Source: Escherichia phage Murica. Taken from it: a stretch of DNA of 64,000 nucleotides. Of this stretch, positions 36,920 through 46,103 are shown one piece after another; the stretch's first letter is position 1; each line of letters opens with the position of its first letter. The stretch lies in sequence record NC_041871.1; one strand, 5' to 3'. Position numbers and translations under genes: made by a program. The notes below the pieces were generated by a model. That model did not search any database and was not told the origin of the DNA. It worked only from the letters and a program-made list of their open reading frames with translations.

Positions 36920-38202
36920 TGCATCAAATCAAAACAACACTGTACGCACTGAACAAAGATGGCAGCTACCAACAGTGGAAAGTATTCACTGATGGCGAAA
37001 AGGTTATCGTAGAGTTTGGCAAGCTTGACGGTAAATTGCAGTACAAAGAGACGGTATGCACACCTAAGAACGTAGGTCGTGCCAATGAGACTACAGCTGA
37101 GCAACAGGCCGAGCTTGAGGCTATCAGCAAGTGGGAAAAACAAGTCCGTCTGGGGTATGTTGAAAACATGGAAGATTGCGAGCAGGGTGTTGACCTTTTA
37201 CCCATGCTGGTGCATGACTACCTGAAGCGTGGCAAGGCACTTAAATTACCTTGCTGGATCTTGCGTAAGTTAGATGGCCTTCGTCTGCTTGTTGTTTTCC
37301 AAAATGGTGAGCCTAAATTTATTTCCCGTGGTAATAAGTCCTACCCTATTCAAGGAAAGCTTTTAGAGCAACTTCGTTCTTTCCATTCTACCACTGGGAT
37401 TAAACAACTTGATGGGGAACTATACATTCATGGTCTTCCTTTGCAGAAAATAGTGTCTCTTGCTAAACGGTGGCGCACACAGGAAGAGATTCAGGCCGAG
37501 ATCGATAAAGACTATGAGGCAGATAAAAAACGCCGTCATGCCGCAATTAAGGCAGGCTTATCAACATACAAAAACTTCAACAAGGTAGATATTCCTGTCG
37601 ATGTTGAGCCTGTTCGTGATGATTTGCGTTACGGTGGGTACTGTAGCTACGATCTGGAGTATCACATTTTTGATATTCCTAGCGACAAGGTGTGGTGGGA
37701 TCCAGAAACAGAGTCTGGACGCTGCAAGGATCTTATGGATGCAGAGGATACCGTTACCACTCTGATGCTTGATCATATCAAGGTTGTTGACGCAGAGCTT
37801 GCGTACACAGTTGATCATTGCGAAGAATCTGTTGGTATATTCATGTCCGAAGGATATGAAGGTACTATCATGCGTAATTTCTGCGGTAAATACGAGTACG
37901 GTCAGCGAACATCTGAAGCATTGAAATGGAAAAAGTTCAACGACGCAGAGGTGAAAGTTATTGACGTTGAGAAAGATAAGAATGATGAAGGTGTTCTTAT
38001 CTGTGTTGACAAGGAAGGTGTTGTTGTTAAAATGAAGATGAAAGGCACGCACGAGGAGCGTAGCTATGACAGGATGCAGGAAATGATCGGCAAGTTTGTC
38101 ACCTTCAAATACCAAGCAAGGACAGAAGACAACAACTACCAATTCCCTGTCGGTATCTGCGTCCGAAATGTTAACCCAGACACTTGGGAGGTGCTTGAAT
38201 GA
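36919..38202 (+). CDS. ATP-dependent DNA ligase
   Basis: motif I KLDGLR, motif III DGELYI, motif IV EGTIM, motif V LKWKK in correct order. Confidence 0.7.
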   Translation: MHQIKTTLYALNKDGSYQQWKVFTDGEKVIVEFGKLDGKLQYKETVCTPKNVGRANETTAEQQAELEAISKWEKQVRLGYVENMEDCEQGVDLLPMLVHDYLKRGKALKLPCWILRKLDGLRLLVVFQNGEPKFISRGNKSYPIQGKLLEQLRSFHSTTGIKQLDGELYIHGLPLQKIVSLAKRWRTQEEIQAEIDKDYEADKKRRHAAIKAGLSTYKNFNKVDIPVDVEPVRDDLRYGGYCSYDLEYHIFDIPSDKVWWDPETESGRCKDLMDAEDTVTTLMLDHIKVVDAELAYTVDHCEESVGIFMSEGYEGTIMRNFCGKYEYGQRTSEALKWKKFNDAEVKVIDVEKDKNDEGVLICVDKEGVVVKMKMKGTHEERSYDRMQEMIGKFVTFKYQARTEDNNYQFPVGICVRNVNPDTWEVLE

Positions 38203-38325
38203 TGTAGGAAGGTTCAGTAGGTAACGGTAGCCAATTGAATGATGGTTTTCAATCGGCACATACATAACCACACTGTGTAGTGTTGTTGATCGTGTTAGTT
38301 ATGAGTAAACTGGAGAGTATGAAAA

Positions 38326-38796
38326 ATGAAACTTGATAAAAATGTTCAACGAAAAGCTTTCTTGGATATGATCGCATATTCGGAAGGCACAGATAATGGT
38401 AGGCAACCCACTAAGGATCGTGGATACGATGTCATAGTTGGTGGCAAGCTGTTTAGCGATTACAGCAAGCATCCAGGTGTGTACGTTAAGCTAAATGCTA
38501 AACTTACCTCCTCCGCTGCTGGTCGTTACCAGGTTTTGGAGAAGTTTGCTAAACACTACATGGAACAGTTAGGATTGCCAGATTTTGGCCCTGCCAGTCA
38601 GGACAAGATTGCGTTGCAACTGATCCGTGAGTGCAAGGCTCTCGCCGACATTGACGAAGGGCGTATCCACGAGGCTATCCATAAATGCCGTTCCCGCTGG
38701 GCTTCGTTACCTGGTGCTGGATATGGTCAGCATGAACAGAAGATCGAGAAGTTGATCGAGGTGTTTAAAAAGGCAGGCGGTGTTGTCCTTGATTGA
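38326..38796 (+). CDS. endolysin, lambda R-like lytic transglycosylase
   Basis: QRKAFLDMIAYSEGTDNGRQ...YDVIVGG is near-identical in pattern to the lambda R N-terminus, including the catalytic Glu. Confidence 0.85.
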   Translation: MKLDKNVQRKAFLDMIAYSEGTDNGRQPTKDRGYDVIVGGKLFSDYSKHPGVYVKLNAKLTSSAAGRYQVLEKFAKHYMEQLGLPDFGPASQDKIALQLIRECKALADIDEGRIHEAIHKCRSRWASLPGAGYGQHEQKIEKLIEVFKKAGGVVLD

Positions 38797-38799
38797 TCA

Positions 38800-38828
38800 T
38801 TGACATAACCACACGGACGTGGTATTGT
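38800..38828 (+). promoter_or_regulatory. promoter TTGACA-17-TATTGT with CCAC-N6-GTGG palindrome in the spacer
   Basis: -35 at 38800-38805, -10 at 38823-38828, TG-containing extended -10; upstream of the 38860 gene. Confidence 0.5.
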
Positions 38829-38859
38829 TACCTCATAAAATGTTTAGGAGGGCTTAACC

Positions 38860-39066
38860 ATGAAAGATTTTCTGTTGGCAATTTTGTTCATGGCAGCATG
38901 TCTGGCCTGTGGTGTCGTGTTTGCAGGTGAAACAGCGTATCTTGTCGATGTATATCGGGACAATGGTAAACGTATTTGCCTTTATGAGACAAGTCAAGGT
39001 GAGCTCTACGAGCTTGTGAAACAAGGCGAGGCTGGATCTTGTCCTCGCACCCATTTCTTTGAATGA
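38860..39066 (+). CDS. small membrane/secreted protein adjacent to the endolysin (holin or lipoprotein candidate)
   Basis: 68 aa, strong AGGAGG RBS, N-terminal hydrophobic segment LLAILFMAACLACGVVFA. Confidence 0.4.
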   Translation: MKDFLLAILFMAACLACGVVFAGETAYLVDVYRDNGKRICLYETSQGELYELVKQGEAGSCPRTHFFE

Positions 39067-39075
39067 GGAGAATAC

Positions 39076-39540
39076 GTGGAAGACGGACGTTTAATGAAGT
39101 CTGAACGCAGGCTTATTGTGCAACTGATCCCAGAAACAGCTTGGTATAATAACCTCCGAAACGCTGTGAAGAAGAGTGAGTGGGATAAGATCCGTAAGAA
39201 GTGCTACAGAGAAGCCAACTACACTTGCGAGGTGTGCGGAGGTAAAGGCAGCAAACATCCAGTTGAGTGTCATGAACTTTACACTTTCGAAGAAGGAGTG
39301 ATCCGGCTTGTCGGACTGATAGCGTTGTGCCCAGATTGTCACACATCGGTGCATCCTGGGTTAGCAAATATCCGTGGAAAGTATGCTCAGGCAGTTAATC
39401 AGTTGGCTAAGGTGAATAAGATCACCAAGGGTATGGCAGAGGCGTATTACCGAGACTGCTTTGCAGAGTGGCGTGAGCTTAGTAAAGTTCCAGAATGGAA
39501 GACTGACTTTTCGTGGATAGAGGGTTACCTTGATGGCTAA
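39076..39540 (+). CDS. putative HNH-like zinc-binding endonuclease
   Basis: CEVCGG...ECHE...CPDCH arrangement; GTG start after GAGGAG. Confidence 0.4.
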   Translation: MEDGRLMKSERRLIVQLIPETAWYNNLRNAVKKSEWDKIRKKCYREANYTCEVCGGKGSKHPVECHELYTFEEGVIRLVGLIALCPDCHTSVHPGLANIRGKYAQAVNQLAKVNKITKGMAEAYYRDCFAEWRELSKVPEWKTDFSWIEGYLDG

Positions 39541-39823
39541 GAAACCTGTAAAAGAGAAATTTGATAAGACAGCTTTTGTATTCGATACACCTTTGGACGA
39601 TATCATCAGAGGTATGCAAGCCTTGTATCGGAAGTCTGAATCTGAGCAGCTGTCGGAATCAGAGCTTTACTGGTTAGGTTGGTGGGAGCTTAATCTACCT
39701 AAAGCTGAAAGCTCTGATCTAAAAACCGTTAAAACGTGTGCCCAAGAAAATGCTGCACTTGGAATTTACCACAAAAGAAAAAGATCAACAAAAAGCTCTC
39801 CAAGAAAGACTAAAAAGTCTTGA
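39533..39823 (+). CDS. hypothetical basic protein
   Basis: ATG at 39533 after GAGGG; Lys-rich C-terminus. Confidence 0.35.
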   Translation: MAKKPVKEKFDKTAFVFDTPLDDIIRGMQALYRKSESEQLSESELYWLGWWELNLPKAESSDLKTVKTCAQENAALGIYHKRKRSTKSSPRKTKKS

Positions 39824-39849
39824 CAAATGAGTCTCTGATCTGATATTAT
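39820..39849 (+). promoter_or_regulatory. promoter TTGACA-17/18-TATTAT
   Basis: consensus -35 and near-consensus -10 hexamers upstream of the 39883 gene. Confidence 0.55.
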
Positions 39850-39882
39850 CAGTTAACTATTTATTAACTAGGAGAACTAGGT

Positions 39883-40191
39883 ATGCTTAAAATTTTTATT
39901 GTTGAAGATAAAGATATCGTCCAGTTGTATGCAAACGAGAATCACAAAGGTATGATTCTGAAGAAGGCAAAAAACCTTCATGAAAACACAATTCAACCGG
40001 GTGATGTAATTAAGATCTGTGGTTATATGATACCAGACTCCTTGATGAAAATAACCCACCACTGGGGGTCTAATCCGTTCCTTTTTGAAAAGTATTGGGA
40101 TGTTGAGTCACTTATTGCAGAGAGTGATGATGCATTTCATTACAGCATCCAACCATCTTGCAGAATAACTAACAGGAGGGGCTTTGAGTAG
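39883..40191 (+). CDS. hypothetical protein
   Basis: 102-aa ORF with AGGAG RBS. Confidence 0.4.
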   Translation: MLKIFIVEDKDIVQLYANENHKGMILKKAKNLHENTIQPGDVIKICGYMIPDSLMKITHHWGSNPFLFEKYWDVESLIAESDDAFHYSIQPSCRITNRRGFE

Positions 40192-41323
40192 AGAATATCC
40201 ACTTATTGAATCTGTAGATTGTCTTGCTGATCTTCTCGAACCTGACGCTATAGTTTATTATGACTTCGACCAGGTTGCATATCAAGCTGCGGCAAGTTGT
40301 GAAAAAAGGACAATTGAGGTAACACACAAAGCCTCCGGACGTAAGAAGATGTTTAAAACACGAACAGAGTTCTGGGGTCGGCAGAAGAACACCGTTGGTG
40401 GTTGGTTAAAAGCTGAGAATACCAACCGTGAAGCCGCATGTAAAAAGTCTGGTAAGGAGTTTATTCCGTGGACACGTGAAGATTTTGATGTCTTGGATAT
40501 ACAAACACCTGACCCTGTAGAGAACTGCTTGCACACAATAAAATGTAAGGCAAATGCAGTTCTTAACTATCTTGGTATTCCGGAAGAGCGATGCGTCGGG
40601 GTGTTGGGAGGCACAGGTAACTTCAGACTAGATCTTCCAATGCCGGAAAGATACAAAGCCAACCGTAACAATACCCTTCGACCACTGCTGCTTGGAGATG
40701 CAAGACAGTATCTCCAAAAGCAGTATAATGCTCAAGTGATCAACGGTATCGAGGCTGACGACTGGTTAGCTATCCAGCAATTTGAAGGTTGGAACCACTA
40801 CCAAAAAACAGGTAAGTTCAACAAGTTTATTATCTCTATTGATAAGGACCAAAGAACACTACCGGGGCTTGTGTTCGATCCTATGCGAAACGATAAGGGA
40901 GATTTTGTAAGGGAAACCCCTATGCTGATCGATAACGGTATGGGGAACATCTTCATGAAGCCTAATGGAGAGGTTGGTGGTTACGGAATGCTGTTCTTCG
41001 GATACCAAATGCTGTGTGGTGACTCTGCTGACAATATCAAGCCGTATCAAGGACTTATCGGTAAAGGTAAGTTCGGGGATGCCTCAGCATTCTACCTGCT
41101 GTCTCAGTGCAGCACTCCAAAAGAGATGTGGGTGGCTATTATTGATCAGTACAAGAAGTGGTTCCCGAAAGGTGTTGTTAAGTATACTGACTTCAATGGT
41201 ATTGATCGTAGAATTTCCGTAGGTCAATGGATGAGTATAATTTTTGACTGTTTGTATATGAAGCGAACATTCAATGATCAAACAAAACTTGTTAACGTTC
41301 TTAGAAATGTTGGAGCAATTTGA
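40184..41323 (+). CDS. 5'-3' exonuclease / flap endonuclease (FEN/RNase H-like)
   Basis: GIEADDW acidic motif and H3TH motif CGDSADNIKPYQGLIG; TTG start after AGGAGGGG. Confidence 0.65.
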   Translation: MSREYPLIESVDCLADLLEPDAIVYYDFDQVAYQAAASCEKRTIEVTHKASGRKKMFKTRTEFWGRQKNTVGGWLKAENTNREAACKKSGKEFIPWTREDFDVLDIQTPDPVENCLHTIKCKANAVLNYLGIPEERCVGVLGGTGNFRLDLPMPERYKANRNNTLRPLLLGDARQYLQKQYNAQVINGIEADDWLAIQQFEGWNHYQKTGKFNKFIISIDKDQRTLPGLVFDPMRNDKGDFVRETPMLIDNGMGNIFMKPNGEVGGYGMLFFGYQMLCGDSADNIKPYQGLIGKGKFGDASAFYLLSQCSTPKEMWVAIIDQYKKWFPKGVVKYTDFNGIDRRISVGQWMSIIFDCLYMKRTFNDQTKLVNVLRNVGAI

Positions 41324-41646
41324 TGACTAAAAATTCTGTAGATAGTGCAATTATGGAAGCTGTTTTTGAGGATGATCATACAACAGGGACCATTAAAACA
41401 AAAAATACATTTATTGTTGCCACAGGTATGTGGCGGTTGTATGAAGATGACACTATTGCATACATCTTGTATACTGATGATTACGCAGATGATCGTGTAT
41501 GGTCTGCTGTGTTAAAAGAGGATTGTGAGCTGATTGAGGGCGAGCGGCTATGCATGTTTACCAGCGTGGAAACAGACGTTAAGCTTTGCTCTCTTGTGCT
41601 GTTCAAAGACAAAGCTTATTCCCCAGATGAAGAGGAAACAGTATGA
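41320..41646 (+). CDS. hypothetical protein
   Basis: 108-aa ORF coupled to neighbours. Confidence 0.4.
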   Translation: MMTKNSVDSAIMEAVFEDDHTTGTIKTKNTFIVATGMWRLYEDDTIAYILYTDDYADDRVWSAVLKEDCELIEGERLCMFTSVETDVKLCSLVLFKDKAYSPDEEETV

Positions 41647-42272
41647 GAGAAAGACTGCTGTCTATAGATCAGTCTCTTACCCACACAGCCTGCGTTGTAT
41701 GGGACGATGGAAAGCCTGTTCATAAGGTTGTGTTACGAACTCAAAGCTCATCTGCAAAAGAAAAGAAACCAGGGACGGTTTCTTTTGCAACAGCTGCTGA
41801 GCGTATTGACTGGATCTGCAAACAGGTCAGATATTATATCCACACGCACGGAGTTGACACCGTGGTTATGGAAGGGCTTTCCTTTGGATCACGCGGGGAT
41901 GCCACACGTGAACTGGCCGGGTTGTTTTACGGTCTTGAAATTATGCTTTGGGATGCCTTAGCTGATTGTGCAAATGACGGCCTGTTTAAGGTCCACACAG
42001 TGACACCAACAACTGCCAAAAAGTTTGCTCGTAGTCATCTTCCTGAAGAACTTGCTTTTGAGGAGAAGAAAAAGCTTGACAAAAAGACAGGTAAAGAGCA
42101 TACTGTGAAGAAACCTGTTACAATGGATAAAAAGTTGATGGTTAAGGCCTGCGAAGTATCTGAACCTGGGTTCCTAGACGGGATCAATTTGGTACAAGGT
42201 AAGGCCGATCTCGCAGATGCTTATTGGATAGGCAGGGCTCATCTGGAGGGATTATCGCAAAGCGTAAAATAA
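41643..42272 (+). CDS. putative RuvC-like Holliday junction resolvase
   Basis: N-terminal LSIDQSLTHTACVV resembles the RuvC catalytic start IDPGxxxTGxxV. Confidence 0.4.
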   Translation: MRERLLSIDQSLTHTACVVWDDGKPVHKVVLRTQSSSAKEKKPGTVSFATAAERIDWICKQVRYYIHTHGVDTVVMEGLSFGSRGDATRELAGLFYGLEIMLWDALADCANDGLFKVHTVTPTTAKKFARSHLPEELAFEEKKKLDKKTGKEHTVKKPVTMDKKLMVKACEVSEPGFLDGINLVQGKADLADAYWIGRAHLEGLSQSVK

Positions 42273-42829
42273 GAAAGAAAGCTGTCAAAGCCCCAGTTCA
42301 TAACGGGTGGTTAAAAGATTCTAAGGACATAGCCAACTTTCGAAAAGAATTGTCAGAGGAGCAGGATGGTCTTGATCCGATCTTGTGCGAGCCACTTCGT
42401 AAGCCTTGTTTAGATCATGATCATCTGACTGGTCGTTGCAGGGGTGTTTTGTCTCAATGCACTAATACCTTTGAGGGGTATGTGCTTAAATACTGGATGA
42501 AATACTGTAACGAGTATACAGATTGCAGTTTATCAGAGGCGTTGCGCCGGATGGCTGACTATTTGGAGAAAGACTACAGCGACTTCCCACTCCACAAAAA
42601 CTACAGAGATGATATGACAAAGTTCTTGAGGAGATGCTCTAAAGCTACGATTATTGCACGAGCAGAATCAGATCTCAATCTTGTCATTAATCCGGAGTGC
42701 ACCAAGCATGAGGCTATTGAGTTCTACATGCAGGAGTTTATAAAGAAAACTGAGGAGAGAGATTTCTATGGGGATGAAAAAGGTATTCAATCCTTGCGAC
42801 TCAGTCCTGATCAGGATGAAATACCGTAA
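42224..42829 (+). CDS. endonuclease VII-like junction-resolving enzyme (T4 gp49-like)
   Basis: CLDHDHLTGRCRGVLSQCTN matches the endo VII zinc/catalytic motif HLDHDH..G..RGLLC..CN; start codon uncertain (TTG at 42224). Confidence 0.65.
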   Translation: MDRQGSSGGIIAKRKIRKKAVKAPVHNGWLKDSKDIANFRKELSEEQDGLDPILCEPLRKPCLDHDHLTGRCRGVLSQCTNTFEGYVLKYWMKYCNEYTDCSLSEALRRMADYLEKDYSDFPLHKNYRDDMTKFLRRCSKATIIARAESDLNLVINPECTKHEAIEFYMQEFIKKTEERDFYGDEKGIQSLRLSPDQDEIP

Positions 42830-42989
42830 CTGGAAAGGTGTTGTTGCAGATCGCTGCGTTACTGAGCCTAATTTATGGTTTGGCTCTACAGAGTATCATA
42901 AAGAAGAGCAGTGGTTGATGCGTGCCTTCGATGTAGACAAGGGCGAATATCGTGACTTCGCTTTAAAAGACATTCTTCAGTTTTACTAA
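42768..42989 (+). CDS. hypothetical small protein
   Basis: 73-aa ORF. Confidence 0.35.
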   Translation: MGMKKVFNPCDSVLIRMKYRNWKGVVADRCVTEPNLWFGSTEYHKEEQWLMRAFDVDKGEYRDFALKDILQFY

Positions 42990-43001
42990 GGAATCTTAAC
43001 G

Positions 43002-43985
43002 ATGATGACAAAGTTAACTCTTGAGCAAATTTTAACACTAAAGCAACAGGGATACACTAATAGACAAATTGCTCGTGAATTTTTAGGCCGTGAGTCACGT
43101 GAGAGCTGGATCCGACTACAGCTTAAACGTGCACAAGATAATATGTCAGAGATTGTAGGAGAAGCAACGGAGCGCTTCCTTGAAGAGCACAAAGGTGCTA
43201 AAGTTTGGGTGTATGATACAGAGACATCCCCAACAAACGGCTGGTTCTTTGGGCACTATAAGACCAACATTCAAACCTGCGGTATTGAAGTTATGCCCTA
43301 TATGCTAACTTTCGCAGGTAAGTGGTTAGACAGCCCTAGTGTGGTTGACTGCGCTCTTCCAGATTACAAAATGTGGGATGAAGATATTCACAATGATCTC
43401 GAATTGATTCAGGATTTGTGGTATTATCTGGATAAATGCGATGTCGCAGTAGCCCACAATTCAGGTTTTGACTGCGGGTGGGCCAACCAACGATTTGCAT
43501 TTCACGGGTTGCCTCCAACAAGCCCTTACAAAGAGGTTGACACCCTTAAAATGATCAAGAAGGCATTCCGTTTGAATGCAAACACTTTGGAGTATGCATG
43601 CAAATACTTCCAACTGGCCCGACAGAAACTGATTGATCACACATTTGAAATGTGGATCAAGTGTGTCCATGGCGATCTTGAGGCATTTAAACAGATGCGA
43701 GAGTATAATGTTGGTGATATCCTGTCTCTGGAAGGACTGTATTTGCTGGCTCGCCCGTTTGCTAAGCAGCACCCAAACATGTCATTGTACTACCAAGACG
43801 AGGAGCCAAAGGTTCGTTGCCCACGCTGTGGTGGAGAACACTTTCACGAGGAAGAAGCTTTGGCATATACTCAGCTGAGTGCATTTAAAACATACCGCTG
43901 TGAAGGTTGTGGATCTGTTGTTCGTGACCGTAACAACATCCGTACCAGAGAAGAAATGAAAAACACCCTGATTCAGATAATCTAA
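43002..43985 (+). CDS. DEDD-family 3'-5' exonuclease with N-terminal HTH and C-terminal zinc ribbon
   Basis: Exo I VYDTET, Exo II HNSGFD; HTH-like YTNRQIAREF; CPRCGG...CEGCG. Confidence 0.55.
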   Translation: MMTKLTLEQILTLKQQGYTNRQIAREFLGRESRESWIRLQLKRAQDNMSEIVGEATERFLEEHKGAKVWVYDTETSPTNGWFFGHYKTNIQTCGIEVMPYMLTFAGKWLDSPSVVDCALPDYKMWDEDIHNDLELIQDLWYYLDKCDVAVAHNSGFDCGWANQRFAFHGLPPTSPYKEVDTLKMIKKAFRLNANTLEYACKYFQLARQKLIDHTFEMWIKCVHGDLEAFKQMREYNVGDILSLEGLYLLARPFAKQHPNMSLYYQDEEPKVRCPRCGGEHFHEEEALAYTQLSAFKTYRCEGCGSVVRDRNNIRTREEMKNTLIQII

Positions 43986-43993
43986 CAATTATA

Positions 43994-44021
43994 GGGAGGC
44001 TTGCGCCTCCCTTTTCCTTTT
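43994..44021 (+). terminator. rho-independent terminator
   Basis: GGGAGGC-TTGC-GCCTCCC hairpin followed by TTTTCCTTTT. Confidence 0.65.
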
Positions 44022-44030
44022 GGAGGCACT

Positions 44031-44849
44031 TTGAGCAAGAAAGAGTCCAACGACAAATATTACACAAACCCTAAGTATGCAGAATATCTTGTTGGTAAAG
44101 TAAAAGACAAGTATGGGAATTGTGCATACGTTGAGCCTTCTGCTGGAAGGGGTTCTTTTTCAAAACTATTTTCAGAGATACTGTCGTACGATCTAGTACC
44201 AGATCCTGAATTTGAAGGACCAACACAGTGCATTCAGGCAAACTTCTTGGAGGTGCATCCTAAGGCAGATGTCTTCATAGGTAACCCACCATTTGGCAAG
44301 AATTCATCTTTAGCTTGCAAATTCTTTAACCATTGTGCATCATTGCTAGAGCTTGGCGGGGCTATAGCCTTCATCTTGCCACGGACATTTGAAAAAATAT
44401 TTTTTGCAAACAAACTGGACATGTCTATGCACCTTGTCTACAGCGAAAGGTGCCCTAAGAACTCGTTTTTACTTAATGGCAAACCTTACGACGTGCCATG
44501 TGTTTTCCAAATTTGGGAGAAAAAGGCGTGCAATAGGGATCCTGTAGAGATTGGAGAGAATAAGTTATTTTCTTTTAGCACACCGGATGACTACGACTTC
44601 TGTGTAAGACGTGTTGGGTATAACGCTGGAAAAGTATTGGGTGATGATGATCCAAAATCTGAAGAATCTACGTATTTCATAAAATCTTTAGTTGACGGTG
44701 TTGACAGAGTGTTTGCTGAATGCTATTCTTCTTTTCAAGAAGAAGCAGGTAAGACTGCTGGAATGAAGAGTATAGGCAAGAAAGAACTACAATACATTTT
44801 GGAGACCTGGTATGATCAAAAGCATAGACTTGACAAAAGAACTTACTGA
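44031..44849 (+). CDS. N6-adenine DNA methyltransferase (gamma-class, NPPF motif)
   Basis: YYTNP...EPSAGRGSF...IGNPPFG motif order; TTG start after GGAGG (track start 44001 lies inside the terminator hairpin). Confidence 0.6.
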   Translation: MSKKESNDKYYTNPKYAEYLVGKVKDKYGNCAYVEPSAGRGSFSKLFSEILSYDLVPDPEFEGPTQCIQANFLEVHPKADVFIGNPPFGKNSSLACKFFNHCASLLELGGAIAFILPRTFEKIFFANKLDMSMHLVYSERCPKNSFLLNGKPYDVPCVFQIWEKKACNRDPVEIGENKLFSFSTPDDYDFCVRRVGYNAGKVLGDDDPKSEESTYFIKSLVDGVDRVFAECYSSFQEEAGKTAGMKSIGKKELQYILETWYDQKHRLDKRTY

Positions 44850-45270
44850 TGCAAAAGCTTTTGGTGAGACAGCGGTACAAAGAGGCCAGGCGATGGGACT
44901 GGCACTACCTTTCGTCTTAAAAGAGCACTTTACAGATTTTCAACTTATCAAAGGTGATAAGGGAATGCTTATCCTGGAGCATAAGTTGAGTAAGAAACGC
45001 TACAAAGTTGTTTTTAATTCTAAAGCCCCAACAAAACTTGGATTCAGAACTTACAATCTCAACCCATCCTATACTAAGGGTGTTGGAAGGGTAGAACAAC
45101 AGCATTTCAGCGCTAGAGCTTCTTTAGCTCCTTTGATGCTAAATTTCTCAGGGGTGGCTTTAGGATACCTTGATAAGAAAAGAGTTCTTCATGTCCGTTT
45201 CACAGACTTTGTAACGCTTTTAGCTAACAACGAAGTTGATGAAAAGGGACGTGTAAAAACAAACTTCTAA
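44812..45270 (+). CDS. hypothetical protein
   Basis: 152-aa ORF with GGAGAC RBS. Confidence 0.4.
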   Translation: MIKSIDLTKELTDAKAFGETAVQRGQAMGLALPFVLKEHFTDFQLIKGDKGMLILEHKLSKKRYKVVFNSKAPTKLGFRTYNLNPSYTKGVGRVEQQHFSARASLAPLMLNFSGVALGYLDKKRVLHVRFTDFVTLLANNEVDEKGRVKTNF

Positions 45271-45285
45271 TAACGCATAGTATGA

Positions 45286-45489
45286 TTGGAGACTACAATG
45301 ACACTAAAGTTAACAATTCCAGACAGCTTTTCAGAAAACTTTATCCCAGAAATGATGGGTAAGATGCGATCATTGCTTGATCAGATTGAGGAAGCTGTTT
45401 GGGAAGACGATGCTGTAGTGGCTAACGAGCTAGTAGATAAGTGTAAAAGTATTATTGATGCAGTTGAAGAATACCACGGAGGTTTTTGA
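45286..45489 (+). CDS. hypothetical small acidic protein
   Basis: 67-aa ORF. Confidence 0.35.
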   Translation: METTMTLKLTIPDSFSENFIPEMMGKMRSLLDQIEEAVWEDDAVVANELVDKCKSIIDAVEEYHGGF

Positions 45490-46103
45490 TGGATATTATT
45501 GTTCTTAACGCCCCACCCAGCAGTGGTAAGGATCACATTGCAGATCTCTTGTTGGAAGCTATTCCTAACTCACACCACCGTGAGGTTAAGGAGATGCTCT
45601 TCAGTGTGGCAATTAAGGCAGCTGGTGTAACTCCTCAACTCTGGAATGCACTTTATGACCGCCACTACAAAGAAGATCCTTGCCCTTTCTTAATGATAGA
45701 CGGCAAGCATGTTTCTCCGCGAGAGTGGATGATCCATTGTAGTGAAAATCTGATTAAACCTATCTTTGGTGAAGATGCTTTCGGTAAGGCCGCAGTCACA
45801 TCCTTGAAGAAAGATTTCCCTAAAGGTAAAGGGGTTGTTGTTTACTCCGATGGTGGATTCAAAGAGGAGCTGGCATGCCTTAGTGAGTACGCATACAGCA
45901 CAGGTGGAGATCTGTTGTTGTTCCGTATTCACCGTGTAGGATATGACTGGGGAAATGATTCCAGAACCTATCTAAGTCTGGAAAAGAACGGAATAAAAGG
46001 GGTTGAGTTTGATGTTGTAAACCCTGAAGGTGCACCTTGGGAGTGTGCATCGGAGATTGTGTGCAAGTATATTGATGCTAAAGAGGCCCAAGAAGAATGT
46101 TAA
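45486..46103 (+). CDS. putative deoxynucleoside monophosphate kinase
   Basis: N-terminal IVLNAPPSSGKDHIAD resembles the T4 gp1 P-loop LSGVKRSGKDTTAD. Confidence 0.5.
   Translation: MMDIIVLNAPPSSGKDHIADLLLEAIPNSHHREVKEMLFSVAIKAAGVTPQLWNALYDRHYKEDPCPFLMIDGKHVSPREWMIHCSENLIKPIFGEDAFGKAAVTSLKKDFPKGKGVVVYSDGGFKEELACLSEYAYSTGGDLLLFRIHRVGYDWGNDSRTYLSLEKNGIKGVEFDVVNPEGAPWECASEIVCKYIDAKEAQEEC

Noticed and set aside
37561-38271. 236-aa minus-strand ORF inside the DNA ligase gene
   Set aside because: Antisense to a gene with clear ligase motifs in correct order; low-complexity translation and no RBS context.
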